Notes under the pieces: model-generated
Seen by the model: only the letters and a program-made list of their open reading frames with translations
The model's database searches: none
What the model was told of the DNA's origin: nothing
Program-made: the position numbers and the translations under genes
NCBI RefSeq assembly: GCF_001017655.1
Contig: NZ_CP010904.1
Span: forward strand, 870,001-902,000
DNA from: Kiritimatiella glycovorans
GTDB taxonomy: Bacteria > Verrucomicrobiota > Kiritimatiellia > Kiritimatiellales > Kiritimatiellaceae
Direction: 5' to 3'
DNA: 32,000 nucleotides
In this document: piece after piece, positions 1 to 6,607 of the stretch
Numbering within the stretch: position 1 is the stretch's first letter
Layout of the letters: each line of letters starts with the position of its first letter

Positions 1-1
1 G

Positions 2-1267
2 GCGGAACGGACGGTGGAAGTGAATATGCCGCAGTTCCCGGAGCCGTTCGAATTTTTCTTCCGTTCGCCGTTTGAAGGACGCGGCGGACCGCAGCAGCAG
101 CCCCGCTCCCGGGAGTACCGCCAGAGGGGACAGGGCAGCGGATTCATTATCACGGAGGACGGCTATATCCTTACGAATTCCCATGTGGTGAAGGACGCCG
201 AGAGCATAACCGTGACCATGCGCGACGGCAGTGAGCTCGAAGCGGAACTGATCGGCGCCGATACCAAGACCGAAGTGGCGCTGATCAAGGTCGACGGAAA
301 AGACCTCCCGGTACTCGAACTCGGCGACTCCGATGCCATCAGGATCGGTGAATGGGTGCTCGCCGTAGGCAGCCCCTTCGGCCTCACCGAAACCGTGACC
401 GCGGGTATCGTCAGTGCCAAAGGCCGGAGCAACATGGGCATCACCGATTACGAGTATTTCATTCAGACCGATGCCGCGATCAATCCCGGCAATTCCGGCG
501 GTCCGCTGCTGAACATCGACGGCGAGGTGGTCGGCATCAATACCGCGATCTACAGCCGCAGCGGCGGTTACATGGGCATCGGGTTCGCCGTGCCGATCAA
601 CATGGCCAAGATCGTCAAACAGCAGCTCATCGAGGAGGGCGAGGTCACCCGCAGCTACCTCGGGGTCTACATTCAGCCGGTCGACGAGACACTCGCGGAA
701 TCCTTCGGACTCGACGAGGCCCGCGGCATCCTGATCTCGCAGGTCGAAGAGGGGTCCGCGGCCGATGAGGCGGGCCTCGAGCAGGGCGACATCATCCTCG
801 AATTCAACGGCCGGTCGGTCGAGGATATGGGGTCGTTCCGGAACGAGGTCGCCACCACGCCCCCCGGCACGACGATCGAGCTGCGCATCAACCGCGACGG
901 CAGGATGAAAAAGGTCAAGGCGACCCTGCAGCGGCTCGAAGAAGAGGAAATGGCCGCGGCGGATACGGAGCAGATGGTGGAAGACCTCGGAATCGCCGTG
1001 ACGGAACTGACCCCGGAAATGGCCGAGGAACTCGGATACGAGGATCTCGGTCGCGGCGTCGTGGTCGAACGCGTGGCCCAGGGAAGCCGGGCATGGCGCC
1101 ACGGAATCCGGCGCGGACACCTCATCCTCGAGGTAAACCGTCAGCCAGTGGAAGGCGTGGGCGATTTCAAAAAGGCGCTGCGTCAGTCCGAGGAGAGCGG
1201 GCTCGTGCTCCTGCTGGTCCGCGGTCCGCGCGGCACGCGTTATGTCCCGCTGAAGCTCGAGGACTGA
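2..1267 (+). CDS. htrA: HtrA/DegP-family periplasmic serine endoprotease; 5' end probably lies outside the window
   Basis: The frame of ORF 14..1267 stays open back to base 2. Trypsin-like motifs are present (ILTNSHVV His region, GNSGGPLL Ser region), followed by two PDZ-like segments. Confidence 0.9.
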   Translation, partial: AERTVEVNMPQFPEPFEFFFRSPFEGRGGPQQQPRSREYRQRGQGSGFIITEDGYILTNSHVVKDAESITVTMRDGSELEAELIGADTKTEVALIKVDGKDLPVLELGDSDAIRIGEWVLAVGSPFGLTETVTAGIVSAKGRSNMGITDYEYFIQTDAAINPGNSGGPLLNIDGEVVGINTAIYSRSGGYMGIGFAVPINMAKIVKQQLIEEGEVTRSYLGVYIQPVDETLAESFGLDEARGILISQVEEGSAADEAGLEQGDIILEFNGRSVEDMGSFRNEVATTPPGTTIELRINRDGRMKKVKATLQRLEEEEMAAADTEQMVEDLGIAVTELTPEMAEELGYEDLGRGVVVERVAQGSRAWRHGIRRGHLILEVNRQPVEGVGDFKKALRQSEESGLVLLLVRGPRGTRYVPLKLED

Positions 1268-1704
1268 GGGTCCCGTGCGAGGAGGTAGAGCGCGAGGGCG
1301 CGATACAGGGCGGTGCACGTGAGGATCGCGCAGTGGAGGTGGTCGCCCGGGATGCCGTCCAGTTCGCCGAGCAGCATACGGGGATGGATGCGGAGGGCCT
1401 CGAGGACGGCGAGGCCCTCGGCCTTCGAACAGGCCAGCGAGCCGCAGGCGTAGGTCGCCGCGCAGCCGTCCGTCTCGAAGCGCGCCCGGCGGAGCACTCC
1501 CTCCGCGATGTCCAGGTCGATCGTCATCGCGTCGCCGCACGGCCCCTTCACCGTCGCCGTCGCCGACGGATCTTCGATCCGCCCGCACCAGTCGCGGACG
1601 CGCGCCCAGCGGATGTACCCGGAGTCCTCGTAGGGGGCGTCCGTGACCACCTCGTCCCGGCGTCCCGTCAGCACGGATTTGAATGCCCTGCTGAAGCTGT
1701 TCAT
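1240..1704 (-). CDS. NifU/IscU N-terminal-domain-like Fe-S cluster scaffold protein
   Basis: 154-aa ORF with the three scaffold Cys contexts (GPCGDAM, ETDGCAAT, DHLHCAIL). AAGGGGGGAG Shine-Dalgarno lies just upstream of the ATG at 1704. The 3' end overlaps htrA convergently by 28 nt. Confidence 0.7.
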   Translation of the reverse strand: MNSFSRAFKSVLTGRRDEVVTDAPYEDSGYIRWARVRDWCGRIEDPSATATVKGPCGDAMTIDLDIAEGVLRRARFETDGCAATYACGSLACSKAEGLAVLEALRIHPRMLLGELDGIPGDHLHCAILTCTALYRALALYLLARDPQSSSFSGT

Positions 1705-1714
1705 GTCTCCCCCC

Positions 1715-3982
1715 TTAAAAGATGCGTTTCACCCATGAGCGCAGCGCGCCGGGGGCCTTTACGATCACCGCGGGCGTCTCGGTGCGGAACGCCACCTGCT
1801 CGGGAACCGACGGGCCGGTCATGCGGCGCAGCAGCGGTTCGCGCGTGCAGCCGATGACGATCAGGTCGTACTGCCGGCTCTCTTCGAGAAGGGTCTCCAC
1901 GACATCCTGCCCGGAGCGGGTCAGGCATTGGACGCGCCGGGCGAACGGGCCGAGGCGTTTGTTCTGTTCGCCTACGAAGCTCTCCAGCGAAAAGGGGCGC
2001 CGTCCCGTATCGACCGTCATCGCCGTGATTTGGCCCTCCTCGGGGTCCGCCAGGATGGCGGCGATCTCGAGCGCGAAGGCGCTGTTGCCTCCGCCGGCCA
2101 CGGGGACCAGGACGTTGCGGTAACGCTGGTCGCCGCAGTTCTTCATGACGACCACGCGGGAGGGGGAGCGCTCGATGACGGGATCGATGGTGCGTCCGAA
2201 CGAGAACAGCCGGCGGCGCGGGCGTCCGTGCCAGCCCATGATCAGCATATCCGCCCGGTGCTGGCGCACGGCGCTCACCAGCCCGCGGGCGATGTTGCGG
2301 CAGTAGCGGATCGTCGTGCCTACGGGGAAGATCTGCGTCAGGTAGAGCATCGCCTCCACGATGCCCTCGCGGCCCTCGTCGGCGAAATTCGGCACGTCCC
2401 GCAGCGGCACGTAATCGGAGACGGGGATCATGTGGATCAGTTCCACCCGCGCCTCCCTGGCCTGGCAGATGCGGTACGTATTGCGCATCAGGGGCAGCAC
2501 ATTGTCGGGGTTGGCGACGCTGAGCATGATCCGGTATCCCTTGCCGGGCGGCGCCTTTTCCTCCTCGACCACGGTGATTTCCTCTTCCGTCCCCCGCGCG
2601 TGGGACCGGCCGTAGAACTCGTAGAAGAGCCAGCCGAGCAGAATCCAGGAGGGGGCCACGATCCAGGCCGCGTGACTCACATGGCGCAGGCCCGCCGCCA
2701 GAATGACCTGCGTAATGATGGCGGCGATGGGGAAAAAGGGAAACAGCGGCATGAGGTATCCGTAGGACAGCTCGTCGCCCATCTCCTGCCTTATGCGGAT
2801 CGCGCACAGGTTCACGAGGAAAAACAGAAAGAGGAACATGATGCTGGCGCTGGAGGCGACGTCCATGGTGGGCAGGAACAGCGCCACCAGCAGCACGATG
2901 ACGCCGGTGGCGCACAGGGCGAGGTAGGGCGTGCGCCGGCGGGCCGAGACGCGGGCGAGGGCGGGGGGGAGCATCCCGTCGCGGCCGAGCGCGTATGAGG
3001 CGCGCGTGGCGGAGTAAATCGTGGCGTTGAGCGCGGACGTCGCCGCGCAGATCACCGTCACCGTGACCAGCAGGTCGGCGAACGGCATCAGCCGGCTGAC
3101 CGCCTCTCCGAATCCCCGCTCCCCGAACTGTGCGATCCACGCCCAGACGGGGGTCTCGCCGACCCCGGGCGAGCCGGCTTTGACGGCCACGACGGTCGCG
3201 AACCCGACGAGCACGTAGGTGAGGGTCACGAAAAAGACCGAGTAGAGCATCGCCTTGGGGATCGTACGTTTGGGGTCGATGGACTCGTCACCCGCCTGCG
3301 CAATCACTTCAAACCCCTCGAAGGCCACGTAGGTGAACCCCATGGTGAGCAGGATTTTAGACCAGCCCTCGGGGAGAAACGGATCGAAGTTCTGGAGCCG
3401 CGAAGGGTCTTTGAGCGCCACCCAGATCCCCGCGGCGCCGATAAAGAGGAGGATCGCCATCTGGCCGAGGGTGAAAAAGGCGCCCACCTTTCCGGTTTCG
3501 GATGCGCCCCGGAAATTGATGTAGAGGAAGAAGAGGACCGTGATCGCCGCCACGCCTTTGACTAGGAGCGGATGTTCGGACGACAGGCCCCCGAGCAGTC
3601 CGAGGGTCTCCAGGTAGCGGAGCAGGTAGATGGCGAGTGTGAGGGCGTAGACGCTGCCCGCGACACTGGACGCGAACCACTCCATCCAGCCGGCGATAAA
3701 GCTCGCGCGCCGCCCGAAGCCCAGGCGCGCGAAGTTGTACGCGCCCCCTGCGCGGGGGATCGCGGAGCTGAGTTCGGCATAGGACATGGCGCTGAACAGC
3801 GCCACTAGGCCGTTGAGCGCGAAGGTCAGCAGCACCGCGCCGGGGCCGGCCATTCGGATCGTATTGCCCACGCCCAGGAAGACCCCGGCCCCGATCATCA
3901 TGCCGAGCCCCATCAGGGTGACGTGAAAGAGCTTCAGGTCGCGCGAGAGTTCGGAGGTCACGCCTCCCGGACGCTCACTCAT
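1715..3982 (-). CDS. APC-superfamily amino-acid permease fused to C-terminal tandem universal-stress-protein (USP) domains
   Basis: 755-aa ORF. The N-terminal half is multi-TM with an APC-type start (LFHVTLMGLGMMIGAGVFLGVGN). About 270 C-terminal soluble residues have two USP-like alpha/beta units (YRIMLSVANP..., YRNVLVPVAGGGNS...). Confidence 0.85.
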   Translation of the reverse strand: MSERPGGVTSELSRDLKLFHVTLMGLGMMIGAGVFLGVGNTIRMAGPGAVLLTFALNGLVALFSAMSYAELSSAIPRAGGAYNFARLGFGRRASFIAGWMEWFASSVAGSVYALTLAIYLLRYLETLGLLGGLSSEHPLLVKGVAAITVLFFLYINFRGASETGKVGAFFTLGQMAILLFIGAAGIWVALKDPSRLQNFDPFLPEGWSKILLTMGFTYVAFEGFEVIAQAGDESIDPKRTIPKAMLYSVFFVTLTYVLVGFATVVAVKAGSPGVGETPVWAWIAQFGERGFGEAVSRLMPFADLLVTVTVICAATSALNATIYSATRASYALGRDGMLPPALARVSARRRTPYLALCATGVIVLLVALFLPTMDVASSASIMFLFLFFLVNLCAIRIRQEMGDELSYGYLMPLFPFFPIAAIITQVILAAGLRHVSHAAWIVAPSWILLGWLFYEFYGRSHARGTEEEITVVEEEKAPPGKGYRIMLSVANPDNVLPLMRNTYRICQAREARVELIHMIPVSDYVPLRDVPNFADEGREGIVEAMLYLTQIFPVGTTIRYCRNIARGLVSAVRQHRADMLIMGWHGRPRRRLFSFGRTIDPVIERSPSRVVVMKNCGDQRYRNVLVPVAGGGNSAFALEIAAILADPEEGQITAMTVDTGRRPFSLESFVGEQNKRLGPFARRVQCLTRSGQDVVETLLEESRQYDLIVIGCTREPLLRRMTGPSVPEQVAFRTETPAVIVKAPGALRSWVKRIF

Positions 3983-4130
3983 CCCGGTCTCCCTTCTCGA
4001 TCTCGCGCGCGGAAGCGAGCCCGCTGCCGGCGATGCGGTCGATGCGGCGCCGGCTCCACACCGTCAGCAGCGTCAGAAGTGTGATCGCCGCAGCCAGCAC
4101 GCCCATTCCGATTAGCGTGTCCATGTGCAT
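3975..4130 (-). CDS. Candidate 51-aa single-pass membrane peptide translationally coupled to the APC permease
   Basis: Hand translation gives MHMDTLIGMGVLAAAITLLTLLTVWSRRRIDRIAGSGLASAREIEKGDRDE. It has one hydrophobic helix followed by RRR. Its TGA overlaps the permease ATG region (GATGAGTGA). It is below the ORF-track size cut-off and has no clear SD. Confidence 0.3.
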   Translation of the reverse strand: MHMDTLIGMGVLAAAITLLTLLTVWSRRRIDRIAGSGLASAREIEKGDRDE

Positions 4131-4227
4131 CCGATATTTATGGAGCAGTGGAAAAAAGCTGAAAAGCGCAAAAATCGGTTCCGATGACGGGGTGAGCGCA
4201 GCGAGGAGCCGACGGCCGCGGGGTAGC

Positions 4228-5187
4228 TCAGACCCGCTCGTCCCCTTCGCGGGTGCGGACCGAGAGATCGCCCGGCCGGCGGGTGACCAGACTGTCCGGA
4301 GGCACGCTCTTCACCAGGAACACGTTACCGCCGACGATCGATCGCGCGCCGATTACCGTTTCTCCGCCCAGGATGGTCGCGTTGGCGTAGATCACGACCT
4401 CGTCCTCCACGGTGGGGTGACGCTTGATATGCTTGACCGGGTGTCCCTCGGCATCCAGCGGGAAACTCTTCGCGCCGAGGGTGACCCCCTGGTAGAGCTT
4501 GACGCGCTCGCCGATCTCCGTGGTCTCACCGATCACGACCCCCGTTCCGTGGTCGATGAAGAAGCCGCGTCCGATCCGCGCGCCGGGATGGATGTCGATC
4601 CCGGAGTGGCCGTGCACATGTTCGCTCATGATCCGGGGAATCACGGGCACGCCCAGCCTGTACAGCTCGTGCGCGAGGCGGTGCGAGGTGATGGCCAGGA
4701 CGCCGGGATACGAGAGCTTGACCTCCGCGTAGCTCAGTGCGGCGGGATCGCCGTTATAGGCCGCGCGGATGTCGTCGACCACCAGCTTCCGGACGTCCGG
4801 CAGGCGCTGCAGGAACTGCTCGAAAATCCCCGCGCTCCGGCGGCGGTCGGCGGTTTGCCGTTCGGCGCCCTCGCTGCGCGCGGCGGCGCCGAGCCATTGA
4901 AACGGGAGCGCCAGTTCGATCTCGGGCAGCAGCAGTTCGGAAGCGCTTCGCAGCTTCTCGGCAAAGAAGGGGGAGAGCACATGCCCGCGCCGGCCGGCTT
5001 CGAAACTGCGTCCCGGGAGCATCACGGTGATCAGAAGTTCCTGCGCCGCGATCACCTGGTCGGTGTTGGGGGCCGAAGCCATGACGCCGTCCGGGCGGTC
5101 CTCCACGCCGTGGGCGTACAGCGGCGCCAGATCCTCCGCGGCATGCGCGATGGATTGTTCGATCTCCTGCATGGCATCATCATTCAT
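4228..5187 (-). CDS. cysE: Serine O-acetyltransferase
   Basis: 319-aa ORF with the left-handed beta-helix hexapeptide region ([44 protein letters not shown]) and the N-terminal helical SATase domain. Confidence 0.9.
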   Translation of the reverse strand: MNDDAMQEIEQSIAHAAEDLAPLYAHGVEDRPDGVMASAPNTDQVIAAQELLITVMLPGRSFEAGRRGHVLSPFFAEKLRSASELLLPEIELALPFQWLGAAARSEGAERQTADRRRSAGIFEQFLQRLPDVRKLVVDDIRAAYNGDPAALSYAEVKLSYPGVLAITSHRLAHELYRLGVPVIPRIMSEHVHGHSGIDIHPGARIGRGFFIDHGTGVVIGETTEIGERVKLYQGVTLGAKSFPLDAEGHPVKHIKRHPTVEDEVVIYANATILGGETVIGARSIVGGNVFLVKSVPPDSLVTRRPGDLSVRTREGDERV

Positions 5188-5235
5188 GAAGCCATGGTGA
5201 AAGCGCGGCGGGGCAAAGTCAAGCGGACTGGAAGA

Positions 5236-5312
5236 TGGTCGGGGCGACTGGATTCGAACCAGCGACTTCTACAACCCCATTGTAGCGCTCTGCCAGGCTG
5301 AGCTACGCCCCG
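5236..5312 (-). tRNA. tRNA-Pro, anticodon GGG, CCA encoded
   Basis: Hand-folded cloverleaf: acceptor CGGGGCG/CGCCCCG, D stem GCTC/GAGC, anticodon stem CTACA/TGTAG with loop ATGGGGT (G37), T arm GCTGG-TTCGAAT-CCAGT, discriminator A plus CCA. Confidence 0.9.
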
Positions 5313-5358
5313 ACCGGAAGCATGAAGCCCACCTTTGTAAGACAGCGGCGAATCCCGT

Positions 5359-6555
5359 TCAAGAAGATTTCCTCCGGCGTGTCCTCCGGCGATAGAGACG
5401 CTCCGTGAAGCCGCCCTCCCGCTCAAAGGCGGCTGCCTGTGCCCTGAGCTGCCGGTCCAGCAGATAGAGGCACACATTCAGCAGCGAGAGCGCCCCGTTC
5501 GCCGCGTAGACCGCGGCGAACTTCTCGCGCGACAGGGGGGACACGGACACACGGACGGTCACGGACTCACACTGACTCTCACGGAGAGGATCTCCGCTTC
5601 CGGACTGTCCCGTCCGTGATGGTTGCTGGTGGCCCGCGCTCGGAAACCGCATCTGGTCCTCACGGAGAGTTTCGGACTGTCCCGTCCGTGATGGTTGCTG
5701 GTGGCCCGCGCTCGGAAACCGCATCTGGTCCTCACGGAGAGTTTCGGACTGTCCCGTCCGTGATGGTTGCTGGTGGCCCGCGCTCGGAAACCGCATCTGG
5801 TCCTCACGGAGAGTTTCGGACTGTCCCGTCCGTGATGGTTGCTGGTGGCCCGCGCTCGGAAACCGCATCTGGTCCTCACGGAGAGTTTCGGACTGTCCCG
5901 TCCGTGATGGTTGCTGGTGGCCCGCGCTCGGCAACCGCATCTGGTCCTCACGGAGAGTTTCGGACTGTCCCGTCCGTGATGGTTGCTGGTGGCCCGCGCT
6001 CGGAAACCGCATCTGGTCCTCACGGAGAGTTTCGGACTGTCCCGTCCGTGGTGGTCTGTGTCTGTCCGTGACTGTCCGTGTGTCCGTGTCCCCCGTGTCT
6101 GTCCGTGTGTCCGTGTCCCCCGTCTCGCGCGTGGCTTCCTTCTTCCGCGCTCGTTTTTCTCTTTGCCATTCGTCCGCGATCCAGTCGCGGAATTCCTGCA
6201 GACTTGCGCACCGGAGATCCCTGAAGCGCAGCAGGGCGGGGTGGTCGGGCGGCCAGGCCGGAAGGTCCCGCTGACGGAGGAAGTCTTCGAAGTCGAGCTT
6301 GAGTTCCGCGAGACTTCCGCGCGCCACGCCCGTCAGCTTCAGCTCGCTCTTTTTCGACGTCGCGGAGTCCACGCTCCCTTCGGCGATGTTCTGCCGACCG
6401 CTTCGCGCGGCCTGGATCATCTGTTCGCGCATCCGGCGCTCCGGGCGCAGAAAACGGTCGCAGAAAAGCGTGGTGACATCATAAATGACCCCGGCGAGCC
6501 GGAAGGTCTTGAGCCGGCGGTAGCCGCCGTGCGCAGGGATTAAGGAATCATTCAT
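5359..6555 (-). CDS. Four-helix-bundle protein (23S rRNA intervening-sequence protein / Avd-like family, with suffix-type C-terminus) carrying a 200-codon repeat-rich insertion
   Basis: Start is placed at MNDSLIPAHGGYRRLKTF (ATG 6555) because the longer ORF-track start (6696) overlaps the acnA 3' end. The N-terminal part has QAARSGRQNIAEGS and SLAELKLDFEDFLRQR. The C-terminal part has ANGALSLLNVCLYLLDRQLRAQAAAFEREGGFTERLYRRR. In between lie TDTRTD low complexity and six 24-aa repeats. Confidence 0.8.
   Translation of the reverse strand: MNDSLIPAHGGYRRLKTFRLAGVIYDVTTLFCDRFLRPERRMREQMIQAARSGRQNIAEGSVDSATSKKSELKLTGVARGSLAELKLDFEDFLRQRDLPAWPPDHPALLRFRDLRCASLQEFRDWIADEWQREKRARKKEATRETGDTDTRTDTGDTDTRTVTDRHRPPRTGQSETLREDQMRFPSAGHQQPSRTGQSETLREDQMRLPSAGHQQPSRTGQSETLREDQMRFPSAGHQQPSRTGQSETLREDQMRFPSAGHQQPSRTGQSETLREDQMRFPSAGHQQPSRTGQSETLREDQMRFPSAGHQQPSRTGQSGSGDPLRESQCESVTVRVSVSPLSREKFAAVYAANGALSLLNVCLYLLDRQLRAQAAAFEREGGFTERLYRRRTRRRKSS
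5532..6123. mobile_element. Candidate non-autonomous (MITE-like) insertion with inverted termini and an 8-bp flanking direct repeat, carrying an internal satellite
   Basis: CTCGCGCG occurs at 5524-5531 and 6124-6131. The inner termini are 5532-5556 ACAGGGGGGACACGGACACACGGAC and the reverse complement of 6101-6123, ACGGGGGACACGGACACACGGAC. The extended arm 5535-5566 matches the reverse complement of 6064-6095 at 30/32. The right arm is tandemly duplicated. Confidence 0.5.
5578..6050. repeat. 72-bp tandem repeat, about 6.5 copies, near-perfect
   Basis: The GTGATGG landmark recurs at 5616, 5688, 5760, 5832, 5904 and 5976 (GTGGTGG at 6048). By eye there is one substitution among full copies (c at about 5932). 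The first copy is diverged and 9 nt longer. Confidence 0.95.
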
Positions 6556-6607
6556 GCCCGCGCGGCACAGCGGGACACAAAAAAGTTCGGCCCGGATAAG
6601 TCCGCGG

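Noticed and set aside
1701-3140. Multiple overlapping 100-480-aa ORFs in alternative frames across the permease, the GspK-like gene and the RND genes (for example 1701..3140-, 1928..2998+, 15825..16604-, 16137..16946+, 16974..18056-, 19261..20376+).
   Set aside because: They have Arg/Pro/Gly-dominated low-complexity translations. Each overlaps a frame with clear family motifs or protein-like composition. They are GC-bias artefacts.
5578-6050. Is the tandem array a CRISPR array?
   Set aside because: The units are contiguous 72-mers with no unique spacers between them, and no cas genes are in the window.
5359-6555. Is the four-helix-bundle gene the Avd of a diversity-generating retroelement, with the repeats as TR/VR?
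   Set aside because: Avd proteins do belong to this four-helix-bundle family. However, there is no reverse transcriptase ORF in the window and no TR/VR pair with adenine-specific mismatches. The repeats are head-to-tail and essentially identical.
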